NCBI GenBank assembly: GCA_026392045.1
Contig: JAPLCU010000008.1
Location: 3,867 to 67,866 of the forward strand
Reading direction: 5' to 3'
DNA length: 64,000 bases
DNA from: Armatimonadota bacterium
GTDB lineage: Bacteria > Armatimonadota > UBA5829
The notes below the pieces were generated by a model. The model was not told the DNA's origin. It saw nothing but the letters and a program-made list of their open reading frames with translations, and did no database searches. This document shows positions 1 through 8,067 of this stretch, piece after piece (the stretch's first letter is position 1; every line of letters begins with the position of its first letter). The translations under genes were made by a program, and so were the position numbers.

Positions 1-2
1 GC

Positions 3-1193
3 ACATGGCTGGTGAAGTTGACTGAATATGATAGAATGGCGCTCCTGGGAATCATCAAGCGTCTCAAGGATGCCGGGTTCTATGAAGCGCTCCATTTGGA
101 CCTTGGCTGGGAAGCCCAAGCGCCGTTGAAAGTGAACTCAGCGAGGTTCCCGCATGGCATCAAGGAGATCGTTCGACGCGCAAGCGAGGCCGGGCTGGAT
201 ATGAGCTACTGGGTGAACCCGTTCAGCTGCAATTACTGGCTGCCTGAAACCGCGAAAGAACACCCCGAGTATGTGGTGCCGGGGAAAGTGTCGCCGAGGT
301 CGAATGCGAACGCGCTTTGCGTGTTGAGCGAGTATAGCGATTATGTAAAGAAGCGTTTCGTTGATCTCGTGACCGAAATGAACGCCCGTATGATAGTGTG
401 GGACGGTAATGATTGGAATATTCCGAACTGCACAGCTAGAAATCATGCGCACAAGAGCCAGACCGAGCTGGAAATAAATGCTCGAAAGAAGCTGGCGGAG
501 ATATGCGCCGCCGCGCACGATGCCCGCGAGGATTTGATTATATCGGCTTTCAGCCTGCCGATGGATAATCACAGGTTGTGCGCGCTCGATCAGGAGCAGA
601 TTTCGGACACGCACGAGTTCCCGATCATTCAGGCCGAGCTCATCCAGCGCCAGCAGCTTTTTCAGATGACCTGGGAACACCCTTTCAGGACGATTCGCGG
701 GAGCTGGTATGGCGTGGGTTGGCACGAGTCTGGAGACCTCGCACAGCATTCTATGGATGAATTGAAGCACGCTGTCATGAGCATGATCGCAAACGGCGCC
801 GCGCAATCTGGCGGGAGCGTAGACCTCTCATCAGCCAGCCCTGAGTTTGTAGAGTTTCTGACGAAGTTTTATGCGTTTAGAAAGCGATTTGAGAAGTATT
901 TCAATACATATCAGCACATACTTGGCTTTCCCGATGGCGAAAACATAGACGGCTCCGGGCACATTGTGGACGGGGTCGGCTTTATAGCGCTCATAAACCC
1001 GACGCGATCCGAAAAAACCATGCGCATTCCGCTGGATTCCGCCGAGCTGGAGCTCTCGCGCGAGAAGAAATATAACCTCACCGATTGGAGCGGCCTCGAG
1101 CACGGCAATTCACTAGGCGTAGCAAAATTCGATTCTCCGATTACGATAGAGATTGGGCCGCTTGAGGTGAAGTATATTGGGGTGAATGTGTGA
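3..1193 (+). CDS. Glycoside hydrolase, alpha-galactosidase-like (GH36/clan GH-D TIM barrel); 5' end probably cut by the window edge
   Basis: The frame is open from nt 3. The motif series LDLGWE, FPHGIKEIV, GLDMSYWVNPF, EHPEYVV, MIVWDGNDW parallels the conserved strands of GH36 alpha-galactosidases. Family call by eye only. Confidence 0.45.
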   Translation, partial: TWLVKLTEYDRMALLGIIKRLKDAGFYEALHLDLGWEAQAPLKVNSARFPHGIKEIVRRASEAGLDMSYWVNPFSCNYWLPETAKEHPEYVVPGKVSPRSNANALCVLSEYSDYVKKRFVDLVTEMNARMIVWDGNDWNIPNCTARNHAHKSQTELEINARKKLAEICAAAHDAREDLIISAFSLPMDNHRLCALDQEQISDTHEFPIIQAELIQRQQLFQMTWEHPFRTIRGSWYGVGWHESGDLAQHSMDELKHAVMSMIANGAAQSGGSVDLSSASPEFVEFLTKFYAFRKRFEKYFNTYQHILGFPDGENIDGSGHIVDGVGFIALINPTRSEKTMRIPLDSAELELSREKKYNLTDWSGLEHGNSLGVAKFDSPITIEIGPLEVKYIGVNV

Positions 1194-1197
1194 GGGG

Positions 1198-1228
1198 AGT
1201 GGAAAGTGGAAAGTGGAGAGTGGAGAGT
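1198..1228. repeat. Heptamer tandem array (AGTGGAR) x4
   Basis: Reads agtggaaagtggaaagtggagagtggagagt. An inverted counterpart lies at 57748-57779. Confidence 0.85.
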
Positions 1229-1248
1229 CCGGAAGGGAAGGGAGGACA

Positions 1249-1455
1249 ATGGTTGGATGGTTCGATAGTCCGATGGCGGGGAAGGGATTAGGCTGGGATT
1301 TGGGGGTTGGGTTGGGTCGATGGTTTGATGGTCTGATAGTCCGATGGCGGGGAAGGGATTAGGCTGGGATTCGGAGGTTTGTCTGGGTCGATGGTTGGAT
1401 GGTTCGATAGTCCGATGGCGGGGAGGGGATTAGGCTGGGATTTGGGGGTTTGGTT
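1249..1455. repeat. ~71-bp tandem repeat x3 (GATGGTY heptamers plus a CGATGGCGGGGAAGGGATTAGGCTGGGATT core)
   Basis: Three consecutive near-identical units are visible. A single inverted copy lies at 3036-3104. Confidence 0.9.
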
Positions 1456-1469
1456 GCATATCCAGGGGG

Positions 1470-1493
1470 TTTCGGGAAAAGGGTTTCCCGAAA
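1470..1493. repeat. Hairpin family A: TTTCGGGAAA-AGGG-TTTCCCGAAA (perfect 10-bp stem)
   Basis: Direct reading. Other members lie at 2993-3016, 8944-8968, 12552-12576, 59163-59188 and 63385-63443. Confidence 0.9.
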
Positions 1494-1530
1494 GAACGAA
1501 GGGGTTTGTGTGTATCGAGTCGAAGAGTTA

Positions 1531-1558
1531 GCTTCGGGACGAGAAACAGTCCCGAAGC
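1531..1558. repeat. Hairpin family B: GCTTCGGGAC-GARAAACA-GTCCCGAAGC
   Basis: Nine-bp stem. Near-identical copies lie at 39101-39128 and 63256-63281. Confidence 0.9.
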
Positions 1559-1630
1559 ATATAAAAGGGTTTTTCGAAAGAACTAAAGAACTAACAGTAG
1601 TGATGAGGCGCCGAAAGTATAAGAGGTGAA

Positions 1631-2980
1631 ATGATGGCAGCATCAGCATATGATTCAACGTCAACTGCGTCGTCAGTTCTCTTACGGTATCTGAAGCCGA
1701 AGGTGTTGAGGGGCAATGGTCATTTTATCTGCCAGGATAATGACTTCCGTGCTAAGTTCACGCTTGAATGGTACCCGCACGACATGATCATCACAATTAG
1801 GGGAACCCAGGTTAGCGAAAACCAGGGATTGTTTGGAGAGACGAGAAACCGCTGGAGCTTGGATGGCCAGCTTGTAGATGGCCGCAGTATAAGAGCAAGT
1901 CTGTTCCTGACTCAATCAACATTTTCTTTGCCTGATGTACGAAAGACATTAATGTCTTTTATTCCTTCAGACAGTGTTCTGATAGGTGAGGTTTTGGATT
2001 CACCACCAAGTGAGGTGAGATACCCACTCGTTGGGTACCACGATGACGCTTTCAGGATAGAGGACGATGGCTGGACCATAAAGACGGAGGCAACAGAAAT
2101 CACCCGCAATCAAGCAAAGCGCCTTCAGACAGGATGGAGATTGACTACGGAAGGCTTGGCTCTTCGCTTAAGTCATCAGGACGCGACGCTGGAGCAGTAT
2201 TCCGAAAAAGCACGGCAGCTCATGCATCTGCTCTCTTTAGCCAGTGGAAACGGGATCACATTCCATCGTCAGATCGTCTCCTGGACTGATGAAACCAACT
2301 GCGAGATATACCGACAAGGAATACGATATGAGCCTGGCCCCGGCCCCTGCGTTCCATCGTTTTGCATTCAGCACTTTCTTGACCAGACACTACCTACGTG
2401 GCGATCCTGGAAGCAGGAGAAACGGGATATCTGCCGCTTGATCATCGACTACCTTGCCTTGTCTGGCACTGGTTACCTGGATACTCGTTTGATCAATATC
2501 GGGCAGGCGTGGGAGGTCATAGCAACCGCGTGGGGCCCGGAAACTCAACCGAGCTGTGTGGAGAAAGCACTCAAGGATCGGCTAAAAGAAGTGTGGCGCA
2601 ACTGGCGCAGGGAGCATGCGAACGCTGACAAGGATGCTCATCTTTGGGAAAGAATTACGCGCGCATTCCATTGGACAACGGCCTTAGCGAAGATTGAAAC
2701 ATTCGCTAACAGTCGTGACCTGAATCTGGAAAGAATTGGGCTTGACATTAAAGAGCTCAAAAGATCACGCGACTCAGTTGCTCACGCGGGGAAGATGCCG
2801 CAGGATATGAATGATAATCGGTCACACGCTCTTTCTGTTCTTCGCAATGCACAATTCGGTCTTCAGTTGGCTTTGCTCGTGGACCTTGGGTATTCGGATT
2901 TTGTGGAAAACGATGAGAACGGCTTGTGCACCTATGTTAAGATCAGAAAACTACTGAAGCAGAATGGACAAGACGATTGA
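1631..2980 (+). CDS. Hypothetical protein with a beta-rich N-terminal half and a helical C-terminal half carrying a HEPN-type R-x4-H motif (ApeA-like candidate)
   Basis: 449-aa ORF with an AGAGGTGA RBS-like sequence upstream. The motif LKRSRDSVAHAG fits R[ND]xxxH. I recognise no housekeeping family. It is convergent with the methyltransferase at 3105-4709. The HEPN assignment is inference. Confidence 0.6.
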   Translation: MMAASAYDSTSTASSVLLRYLKPKVLRGNGHFICQDNDFRAKFTLEWYPHDMIITIRGTQVSENQGLFGETRNRWSLDGQLVDGRSIRASLFLTQSTFSLPDVRKTLMSFIPSDSVLIGEVLDSPPSEVRYPLVGYHDDAFRIEDDGWTIKTEATEITRNQAKRLQTGWRLTTEGLALRLSHQDATLEQYSEKARQLMHLLSLASGNGITFHRQIVSWTDETNCEIYRQGIRYEPGPGPCVPSFCIQHFLDQTLPTWRSWKQEKRDICRLIIDYLALSGTGYLDTRLINIGQAWEVIATAWGPETQPSCVEKALKDRLKEVWRNWRREHANADKDAHLWERITRAFHWTTALAKIETFANSRDLNLERIGLDIKELKRSRDSVAHAGKMPQDMNDNRSHALSVLRNAQFGLQLALLVDLGYSDFVENDENGLCTYVKIRKLLKQNGQDD

Positions 2981-2992
2981 CATTGCTTGTTC

Positions 2993-3104
2993 TTTCGGGA
3001 AACCCTTTTCCCGAAACCGCCGGGTTATACGGATAGCCCCGTTCCCTCCCCGCCATCGGACTATCAGACCATCAAACCATCAGACCATCGGCCCAAACTA
3101 ACCC
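2993..3104. repeat. Inverted copy of the left-flank module (hairpin A plus GATGGTY/CGATGGCGGGGAGGGA unit)
   Basis: The reverse complement of 2993-3104 aligns with 1391-1493. The shared core is GGTTTCGGGAAAAGGGTTTCCCGAAAGAAC plus GATAGTCCGATGGCGGGGAGGG. Confidence 0.8.
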
Positions 3105-4709
3105 TTACAGCCCCAACTTCCCCTGATCCCGTTCTTTCACCAGTTTCTTCCCTGAGCCGCTCTTGAGGGAGTAGCCTTGGGGGAAGTCGAACTCTTTGTT
3201 ATCCTCTAAGAGTTCTTTGATGGTGCGAATCTGGAGTTTTGGGATTTTTCTGCCGCTTGGGGCTGTGAAGAAGCCTGTTTCGTCGGCTTCGTTATACATG
3301 CCTTTGGTGGGTGTGTCAAGGCAGATGAAGAAGCCCATTGCGGCTTTTTCGCGCTCTACCACGTGTGAAAAGTCTCGGATTGCGCTGGGTGTGAGGTGGC
3401 CGCCTTTTACCTGGCATACGGCGCTTTGCAGATTGTCTTCCAAGTCACGGAAGAATACTTTGCCGTCTATGCCTTTATCCCCGACTTTATCAGGCTGCGG
3501 CACTCCCGAGGCGAGGCCGACCGCCCAAATCTCGAACTGCTTCGGGCTTTGCTCGAAAAGCTTTCGAGCCGAGTATGCGTCCTTGGGGTCGCCGATGATA
3601 TCATAATCTTGCTTGCGCTTGAGCTCGAAGTCGTTTGCCAGCCTGCTTATCATAAGGTCTATTGCTATAAATGTGATGTCCATTCCAATCCATTTGCGCC
3701 CAAGCTTCTCAGCAGCTACAACAGCAGTGCCGCATCCACAAAACGGGTCAAGTATTATGTCGCCCGGGTTGGATGATGCTTTTATGATACGCTCAATCAA
3801 GGCCAGGGGTTTCTGGGTAGGGTAGCCCATGCGCTCTGCAGATGTGTTTCCAATACGCTGTATATCAATCCACACATTTTGAAGAGGCTGTCCTGGTGAA
3901 TCATCCAAATACACTTTCAATCCATCCATTCGCGGCGTTCCGTCTTTCTTCAGGAGTATACGTCCTTCAGCAAACCATGTTTCTAATTGTTCTATTGTGT
4001 AACCCCAGCCGCGTGACGAAGGCGGCATCGTACCACGCCATTCAAATTTGCCTGAATTACTACCGGTTCTTTCTGCCGTTAAATCATCGCATCTGTACCA
4101 GCGCTCATCTTCATCTTGTTTATATCGAGATAATTGCTCTTCAGAATAATCTGTGTACACAGGATTCCAAATGTAATTATCACTCTTCGTATAGAAGAGG
4201 ATAGTGTCCGAGACGTTGCCATATCGCCGAGCAGTGTTGTGGCTGCTTGTTCGCTTCCAGGTTATCTCGTTTCTGAATCTAGTGGCTCCAAACACCACAT
4301 CCAGTATTATCTTTAGGTAATGACTCGCCACCGGGTCACAATGCAGGTAAAGGCTGCCGGTGGGTTTGAGAACTCGGTGAAGTTCCATCAGGCGCGGGGC
4401 CATCATCACGAGATATGCCATCATATCGCTCTGGCCAAGTATCTTGTATAGAGCTTCCATCAAATCAAAGAGTCGAGCATTTCCGGGGTGATCAAAAAAC
4501 TCTAAATAGTGGCGTCTGCTCCATCGCCAAGTATCCTCAAACGCGGTTATCTGCGCCTGGTTTTCATCCTTCTTCGTCTGCTTGAAAAGGACATTATAAT
4601 TCCGCGCAGAGTTGAAAGGCGGGTCAAGATACACCAGATCGATGGATTCATCCGAGATATTCTCCCGCATTACCACCAGATTATCGCCATAGAAGAGTTT
4701 GTTTCGCAT
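3105..4709 (-). CDS. Beta-class N4-cytosine/N6-adenine DNA methyltransferase fused to a C-terminal Mrr-like restriction-endonuclease domain
   Basis: LVYLDPPFNS (motif IV, DPPF) precedes ILDPFCGCGTAVVAAEKLGRKWIGMDI (motif I). The C-terminus has GDKGIDGKVFF, AVCQVKGG, IRDF and MGFFI, matching the Mrr catalytic-core pattern D..QxK. Confidence 0.85.
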   Translation of the reverse strand: MRNKLFYGDNLVVMRENISDESIDLVYLDPPFNSARNYNVLFKQTKKDENQAQITAFEDTWRWSRRHYLEFFDHPGNARLFDLMEALYKILGQSDMMAYLVMMAPRLMELHRVLKPTGSLYLHCDPVASHYLKIILDVVFGATRFRNEITWKRTSSHNTARRYGNVSDTILFYTKSDNYIWNPVYTDYSEEQLSRYKQDEDERWYRCDDLTAERTGSNSGKFEWRGTMPPSSRGWGYTIEQLETWFAEGRILLKKDGTPRMDGLKVYLDDSPGQPLQNVWIDIQRIGNTSAERMGYPTQKPLALIERIIKASSNPGDIILDPFCGCGTAVVAAEKLGRKWIGMDITFIAIDLMISRLANDFELKRKQDYDIIGDPKDAYSARKLFEQSPKQFEIWAVGLASGVPQPDKVGDKGIDGKVFFRDLEDNLQSAVCQVKGGHLTPSAIRDFSHVVEREKAAMGFFICLDTPTKGMYNEADETGFFTAPSGRKIPKLQIRTIKELLEDNKEFDFPQGYSLKSGSGKKLVKERDQGKLGL

Positions 4710-4791
4710 AATGCCATAACTATACCATGAGGACGGGGGATATGTGAAGAGGGGGACCGATGGATTTTGGGCTATGCCGAAAGAGCAAAGA

Positions 4792-4850
4792 AAATGCTAG
4801 ATTTGAAAGCTTATCATGCTGCTCATCCTTCGAGAGCCTCAGGATGGCGA
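4792..4850 (+). repeat. Conserved 59-nt element E (AAATGCTAGATTTGAAAGCTTATCATGCTGCTCATCCTTCGAGAGCCTCAGGATGGCGA)
   Basis: Identical to 61717-61775 by direct reading. It contains the hairpin CATCCT-TCGAGAGCCTC-AGGATG. A degenerate inverted copy lies at 22257-22299. Confidence 0.85.
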
Positions 4851-4861
4851 TGTATACACAT

Positions 4862-4933
4862 AACCTTTACACCAACCTTTACACTAACCTTTACACTAAC
4901 CTTTACACCAACCTTTACACCAACCTTTACACC
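4862..4933. repeat. 12-mer tandem array (AACCTTTACACY) x6
   Basis: Six head-to-tail units lie directly after element E. They generate the artefactual ORFs 4760-5020 and 4767-4955. Confidence 0.95.
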
Positions 4934-5098
4934 AAACCCTATGGGATGCTACTGATTGTTTCTCATAATAGCAAGTCCATAACAACCGTAATTCCACCTG
5001 AAATGCACAAAATATGGTAAAAATACCTGCATAATAATGAGTTTATGGCACAAATTATGCAGCATGTTTCATTGAGTTTGCAGCTCAAGGTGATTACC

Positions 5099-6025
5099 AT
5101 GTTTAAGCGCATATTCATCACATTCCTCACATTCCTCGTATCGCTGAGCCTGTCTGGCGCGTGCTTCGCCGCCGTTGTAGCATACACTAAGGTAAAAGTG
5201 GCTGGAACAGTCGCGCACGTCGTGACGGCTGATTTGGGCAATAGCGGCGTAAAAGTCACCGTAGCGCTCGCTAAGGGTGGCCCCGGCAAGCAGGAATCAT
5301 TTAAATCCATTGTAAAGCGAGTAAAACCGGCTGCTGCTATCACCGGCACGTTCTTCGATACCAAAACCCTATTTCCCACCGGCGACATTGCCATGTACGG
5401 CAAAGTGGTGCATCACGGCTCTATCGGGGCTGCTTTGTGCATTGATTCAAACAATAAGGCGAGCGTGGTCAGCCTGAAAGAGGGCCGCAAGTATGGCTGG
5501 ATTGACTACGAAACGGTTTTGTGCGCAGGTCCGAGACTGGTCTGCAACGGCAAAGTGGCGATCTCGCTGAAGCGTGAAGGTTTCAGGTCTTCTCTGTCTA
5601 CTCCGGCGCGGCGCACTGCGGTCGGTATCACCAAGACCGGAAAAGTGCTGTTCGTGACAATTAATCGTAAAGCTTCCTTGCACGATATCGCCAGGGTGTT
5701 GGTGAGCATAGGAGCGAAGGACGCTCTGTGCCTGGATGGCGGCTCGTCCGCTGCGTTTTACAGCGGCGGCAATTTCTTAGCCGTTCCAGCTCGTCGGCTG
5801 ACTAATCTCCTGGTTGTCTATTCCGAAAAGGAAGATTATCAGAACGCCAAGAACGAACTTGCTCCGGCAGAATATTTCGCTCAATTGCTTGTCAATCAGA
5901 CGGAACCTGCAATCTTTGCAACTTCGAACTCGCCGATTGCAGCGTCTGATGACTTATCTAAGGCAGTATATCAATCTCCGACTTCGGATGGCATTCCTGC
6001 TGAAATTAGAGAGAGCCGAAACTAA
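5099..6025 (+). CDS. Secreted phosphodiester glycosidase family protein (NAGPA/DUF2233-like)
   Basis: Signal peptide MFKRIFITFLTFLVSLSLSGACFA. Motifs AAITGTFFD, LCAGPRLV, RTAVGITKTGKVLFVTI and DALCLDGGSS are typical of the family. Start moved to the internal ATG at 5099. Confidence 0.65.
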   Translation: MFKRIFITFLTFLVSLSLSGACFAAVVAYTKVKVAGTVAHVVTADLGNSGVKVTVALAKGGPGKQESFKSIVKRVKPAAAITGTFFDTKTLFPTGDIAMYGKVVHHGSIGAALCIDSNNKASVVSLKEGRKYGWIDYETVLCAGPRLVCNGKVAISLKREGFRSSLSTPARRTAVGITKTGKVLFVTINRKASLHDIARVLVSIGAKDALCLDGGSSAAFYSGGNFLAVPARRLTNLLVVYSEKEDYQNAKNELAPAEYFAQLLVNQTEPAIFATSNSPIAASDDLSKAVYQSPTSDGIPAEIRESRN

Positions 6026-6187
6026 GTTGGCCATAATTCAGCCATTCACCCCATGCGAGGGCTCATACTATCTAAATACCGTTCTTTTTGCTGAGCTTTG
6101 CTGCTATGGCACAAATCTTGCAGATATATACATGGATGGCTTTTCCTCAAGCTCACCACAAATTTCTACAAAGCAGGAGGCCATAAC

Positions 6188-7186
6188 ATGGTCACGAAGG
6201 GCAACGTGCTCGTCGTCGACGATGAGATTAATCTCTGTCGCATACTCGGCGCAAAATTAGCTAAGAGCGGTTACACCGTAGTAGCCGTACATGACGGTCT
6301 GCAAGCAGTTGAGAAGATCCGCGAGACGGAATTCGACGTCGTTCTTCTGGACCTTATCCTTCCTACGATGGATGGTCTCACTGCACTCGCAGAGATCCGA
6401 GGCATGCGCAGCGGTTTACCTGTCATCGTTATGACTGCGAGCGAAAATGCTGAGGCTATGGCTCAAGCGAAGAGCCTTGGCGTATCGGCGTATGTGAATA
6501 AGCCATTCGACCTCGATAATCTTGTGGCGCTCATTTCGAATACTTCGATTCCTCATGAATCAACGCTGCGCAGATCGCCGAACGCGACTGTGCTTTTTTG
6601 CAAAGATCAGCCGGTTACGCTGGAAATTGCGTGCGGATTGCAGGCGAAAAACTGCTTGGGTTGGATTCATGACAAAGATGACCGGACGCTTTCGGTGTTG
6701 GTTCCTCGCAGAGATGATGAGGTAGGCGAGATCCTTCCAAAAAACCCGGTTAAGGTGGGTCTGGCTGCAATGGATGCCTATTACAGCTTCACCACGCATG
6801 TTTTGAAGATTATTGAGATCACACAGAGGATACTCATGCTTGATAAGCCGGGTGTCATATACCGCGCGCAGCGCAGGCAGCACCCCAGGCTCCCAATTAA
6901 TATGCCTGTGACTTATGGCGTGTGTGATGATGATGTTCCGAGAAGCTTCAAAGAATGCGAGACGATGGATATCAGTTTGGGCGGCCTGTGCCTGGCGATG
7001 CCCGAGGAAGCGCTGCCGGGGGATATGATTCACCTTGAGCTGCATCCTGATGGCCCGCAGAGCGTGATTCACGCGAATGCGCAAGTTGTGCGATCTATTC
7101 GCAGCTGTGATTCGGACAAGAACTATATCGTGGCGTGCAAATTTACGTCGGTTGATGATTCATTCAACGTATTGTTTAAGAACTAG
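6188..7186 (+). CDS. Response regulator receiver domain fused to a C-terminal PilZ domain
   Basis: VLVVDDE, VLLDLILPTMDG and NKPF mark the REC domain. RRQHPRLP followed by DISLGGLCL gives the PilZ RxxxR / DxSxxG motifs. An AGGAGG RBS lies 7 nt upstream of the ATG at 6188. Confidence 0.8.
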   Translation: MVTKGNVLVVDDEINLCRILGAKLAKSGYTVVAVHDGLQAVEKIRETEFDVVLLDLILPTMDGLTALAEIRGMRSGLPVIVMTASENAEAMAQAKSLGVSAYVNKPFDLDNLVALISNTSIPHESTLRRSPNATVLFCKDQPVTLEIACGLQAKNCLGWIHDKDDRTLSVLVPRRDDEVGEILPKNPVKVGLAAMDAYYSFTTHVLKIIEITQRILMLDKPGVIYRAQRRQHPRLPINMPVTYGVCDDDVPRSFKECETMDISLGGLCLAMPEEALPGDMIHLELHPDGPQSVIHANAQVVRSIRSCDSDKNYIVACKFTSVDDSFNVLFKN

Positions 7187-7197
7187 CACACTTTCTA

Positions 7198-7833
7198 TTA
7201 AATGCCTTGCTTGATCCCTTTTTCGAGCAATTCGAGTGCTGCGCAATCTATGCCTGCGAATGTCTCTCCTGAGTCCAATGCCCGATAGGCAAGCCCGGTC
7301 AGTATCCCCTGAAGCGCATGGGCAGCGAGCCCGGCATCTACCTCTCTGAAATGTGTCTGAAGCATGCCTGTTCGTATTATCCTTTCGTAGACCGCCACGG
7401 TTGCCGCGAGTGACCGAGCGCGAATGCTGGAAGCGGTATCCTCGTCCATATCCGCTGTTCCCTGTTTTCTGCCGGACAAGAGCATCGGCGCCATTCCCTG
7501 ATTCTCCTGCAGAAATGCGAGGTGGGCTTTGACCACGGCTCGCAGGGTGACCCGCGCATCCTCGGGGGCCAGGCTGATAGCTTGCGCGACGCGTGATTCC
7601 ATTTCGGCGAAGAGCGCGTCCACCGCTTCCTTGACCACGTCCGCCTTGACTTTGAAATACAGGTAAAACGTCCCTGTTGCAACGCCTGCTGCGCGCACGA
7701 TGTCGTCTACCGATGTCGAATCTATTCCATTTTCACGGAACAGGCGCATCGCCACGCTAAGAAGCTCCTCGCGAAGATGCTGCTTTCTACGTTCTCTCAA
7801 CGAGCTTTGAGGTTGCTCAACGATATCGTTCAT
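7198..7833 (-). CDS. TetR/AcrR family transcriptional regulator
   Basis: N-terminal HTH region: LLSVAMRLFRENGIDSTSVDDIVRAAGVATGTFYLYFKVKADVV. Start set at MNDIV, which has a GGAGG RBS. Confidence 0.85.
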   Translation of the reverse strand: MNDIVEQPQSSLRERRKQHLREELLSVAMRLFRENGIDSTSVDDIVRAAGVATGTFYLYFKVKADVVKEAVDALFAEMESRVAQAISLAPEDARVTLRAVVKAHLAFLQENQGMAPMLLSGRKQGTADMDEDTASSIRARSLAATVAVYERIIRTGMLQTHFREVDAGLAAHALQGILTGLAYRALDSGETFAGIDCAALELLEKGIKQGI

Positions 7834-7894
7834 AATGCCTCCCCATTTAACACTCAATGGTCAGTTTAGACATCCGAGGCAGGATATCCTTTGT

Positions 7895-8004
7895 GGAATA
7901 ATATTAGAAAGCAATTTTTGACCATTTGATTAGTTGCTTCGGTATCCTGATGCCGAAGCCTACCGCACATTATGAATAATACGGGTTAGAAAGCAATTTT
8001 TGAC
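7895..8004. promoter_or_regulatory. Divergent promoter region with two 19-nt direct repeats TTAGAAAGCAATTTTTGAC (candidate TetR operators)
   Basis: The repeats at 7904-7922 and 7986-8004 are each preceded by GAATAATA. They are separated by hairpin-C copy 7936-7959 and lie between the divergent genes 7198-7833 and 8068-8907. Confidence 0.4.
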
Positions 8005-8067
8005 TTTCCCGATCTAAGGGGTAGAAATAAGGAGCGGAGTCTGCTAAACTACTGGCAGGTATTTACA

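Noticed and set aside
1249-1455. Possible CRISPR array (regularly spaced repeats), also considered for 4862-4933 and 61772-61829
   Set aside because: The units are contiguous tandem repeats (71, 12 and 16 nt) with no unique spacers between them, and no cas genes are in the window.
4760-5020. ORFs 4760-5020 and 4767-4955 (NLYTNLYT... / TFTPTFT... peptides)
   Set aside because: They are translations of the 12-mer tandem array and element E. There is no RBS and the low-complexity periodicity derives from the DNA repeat.
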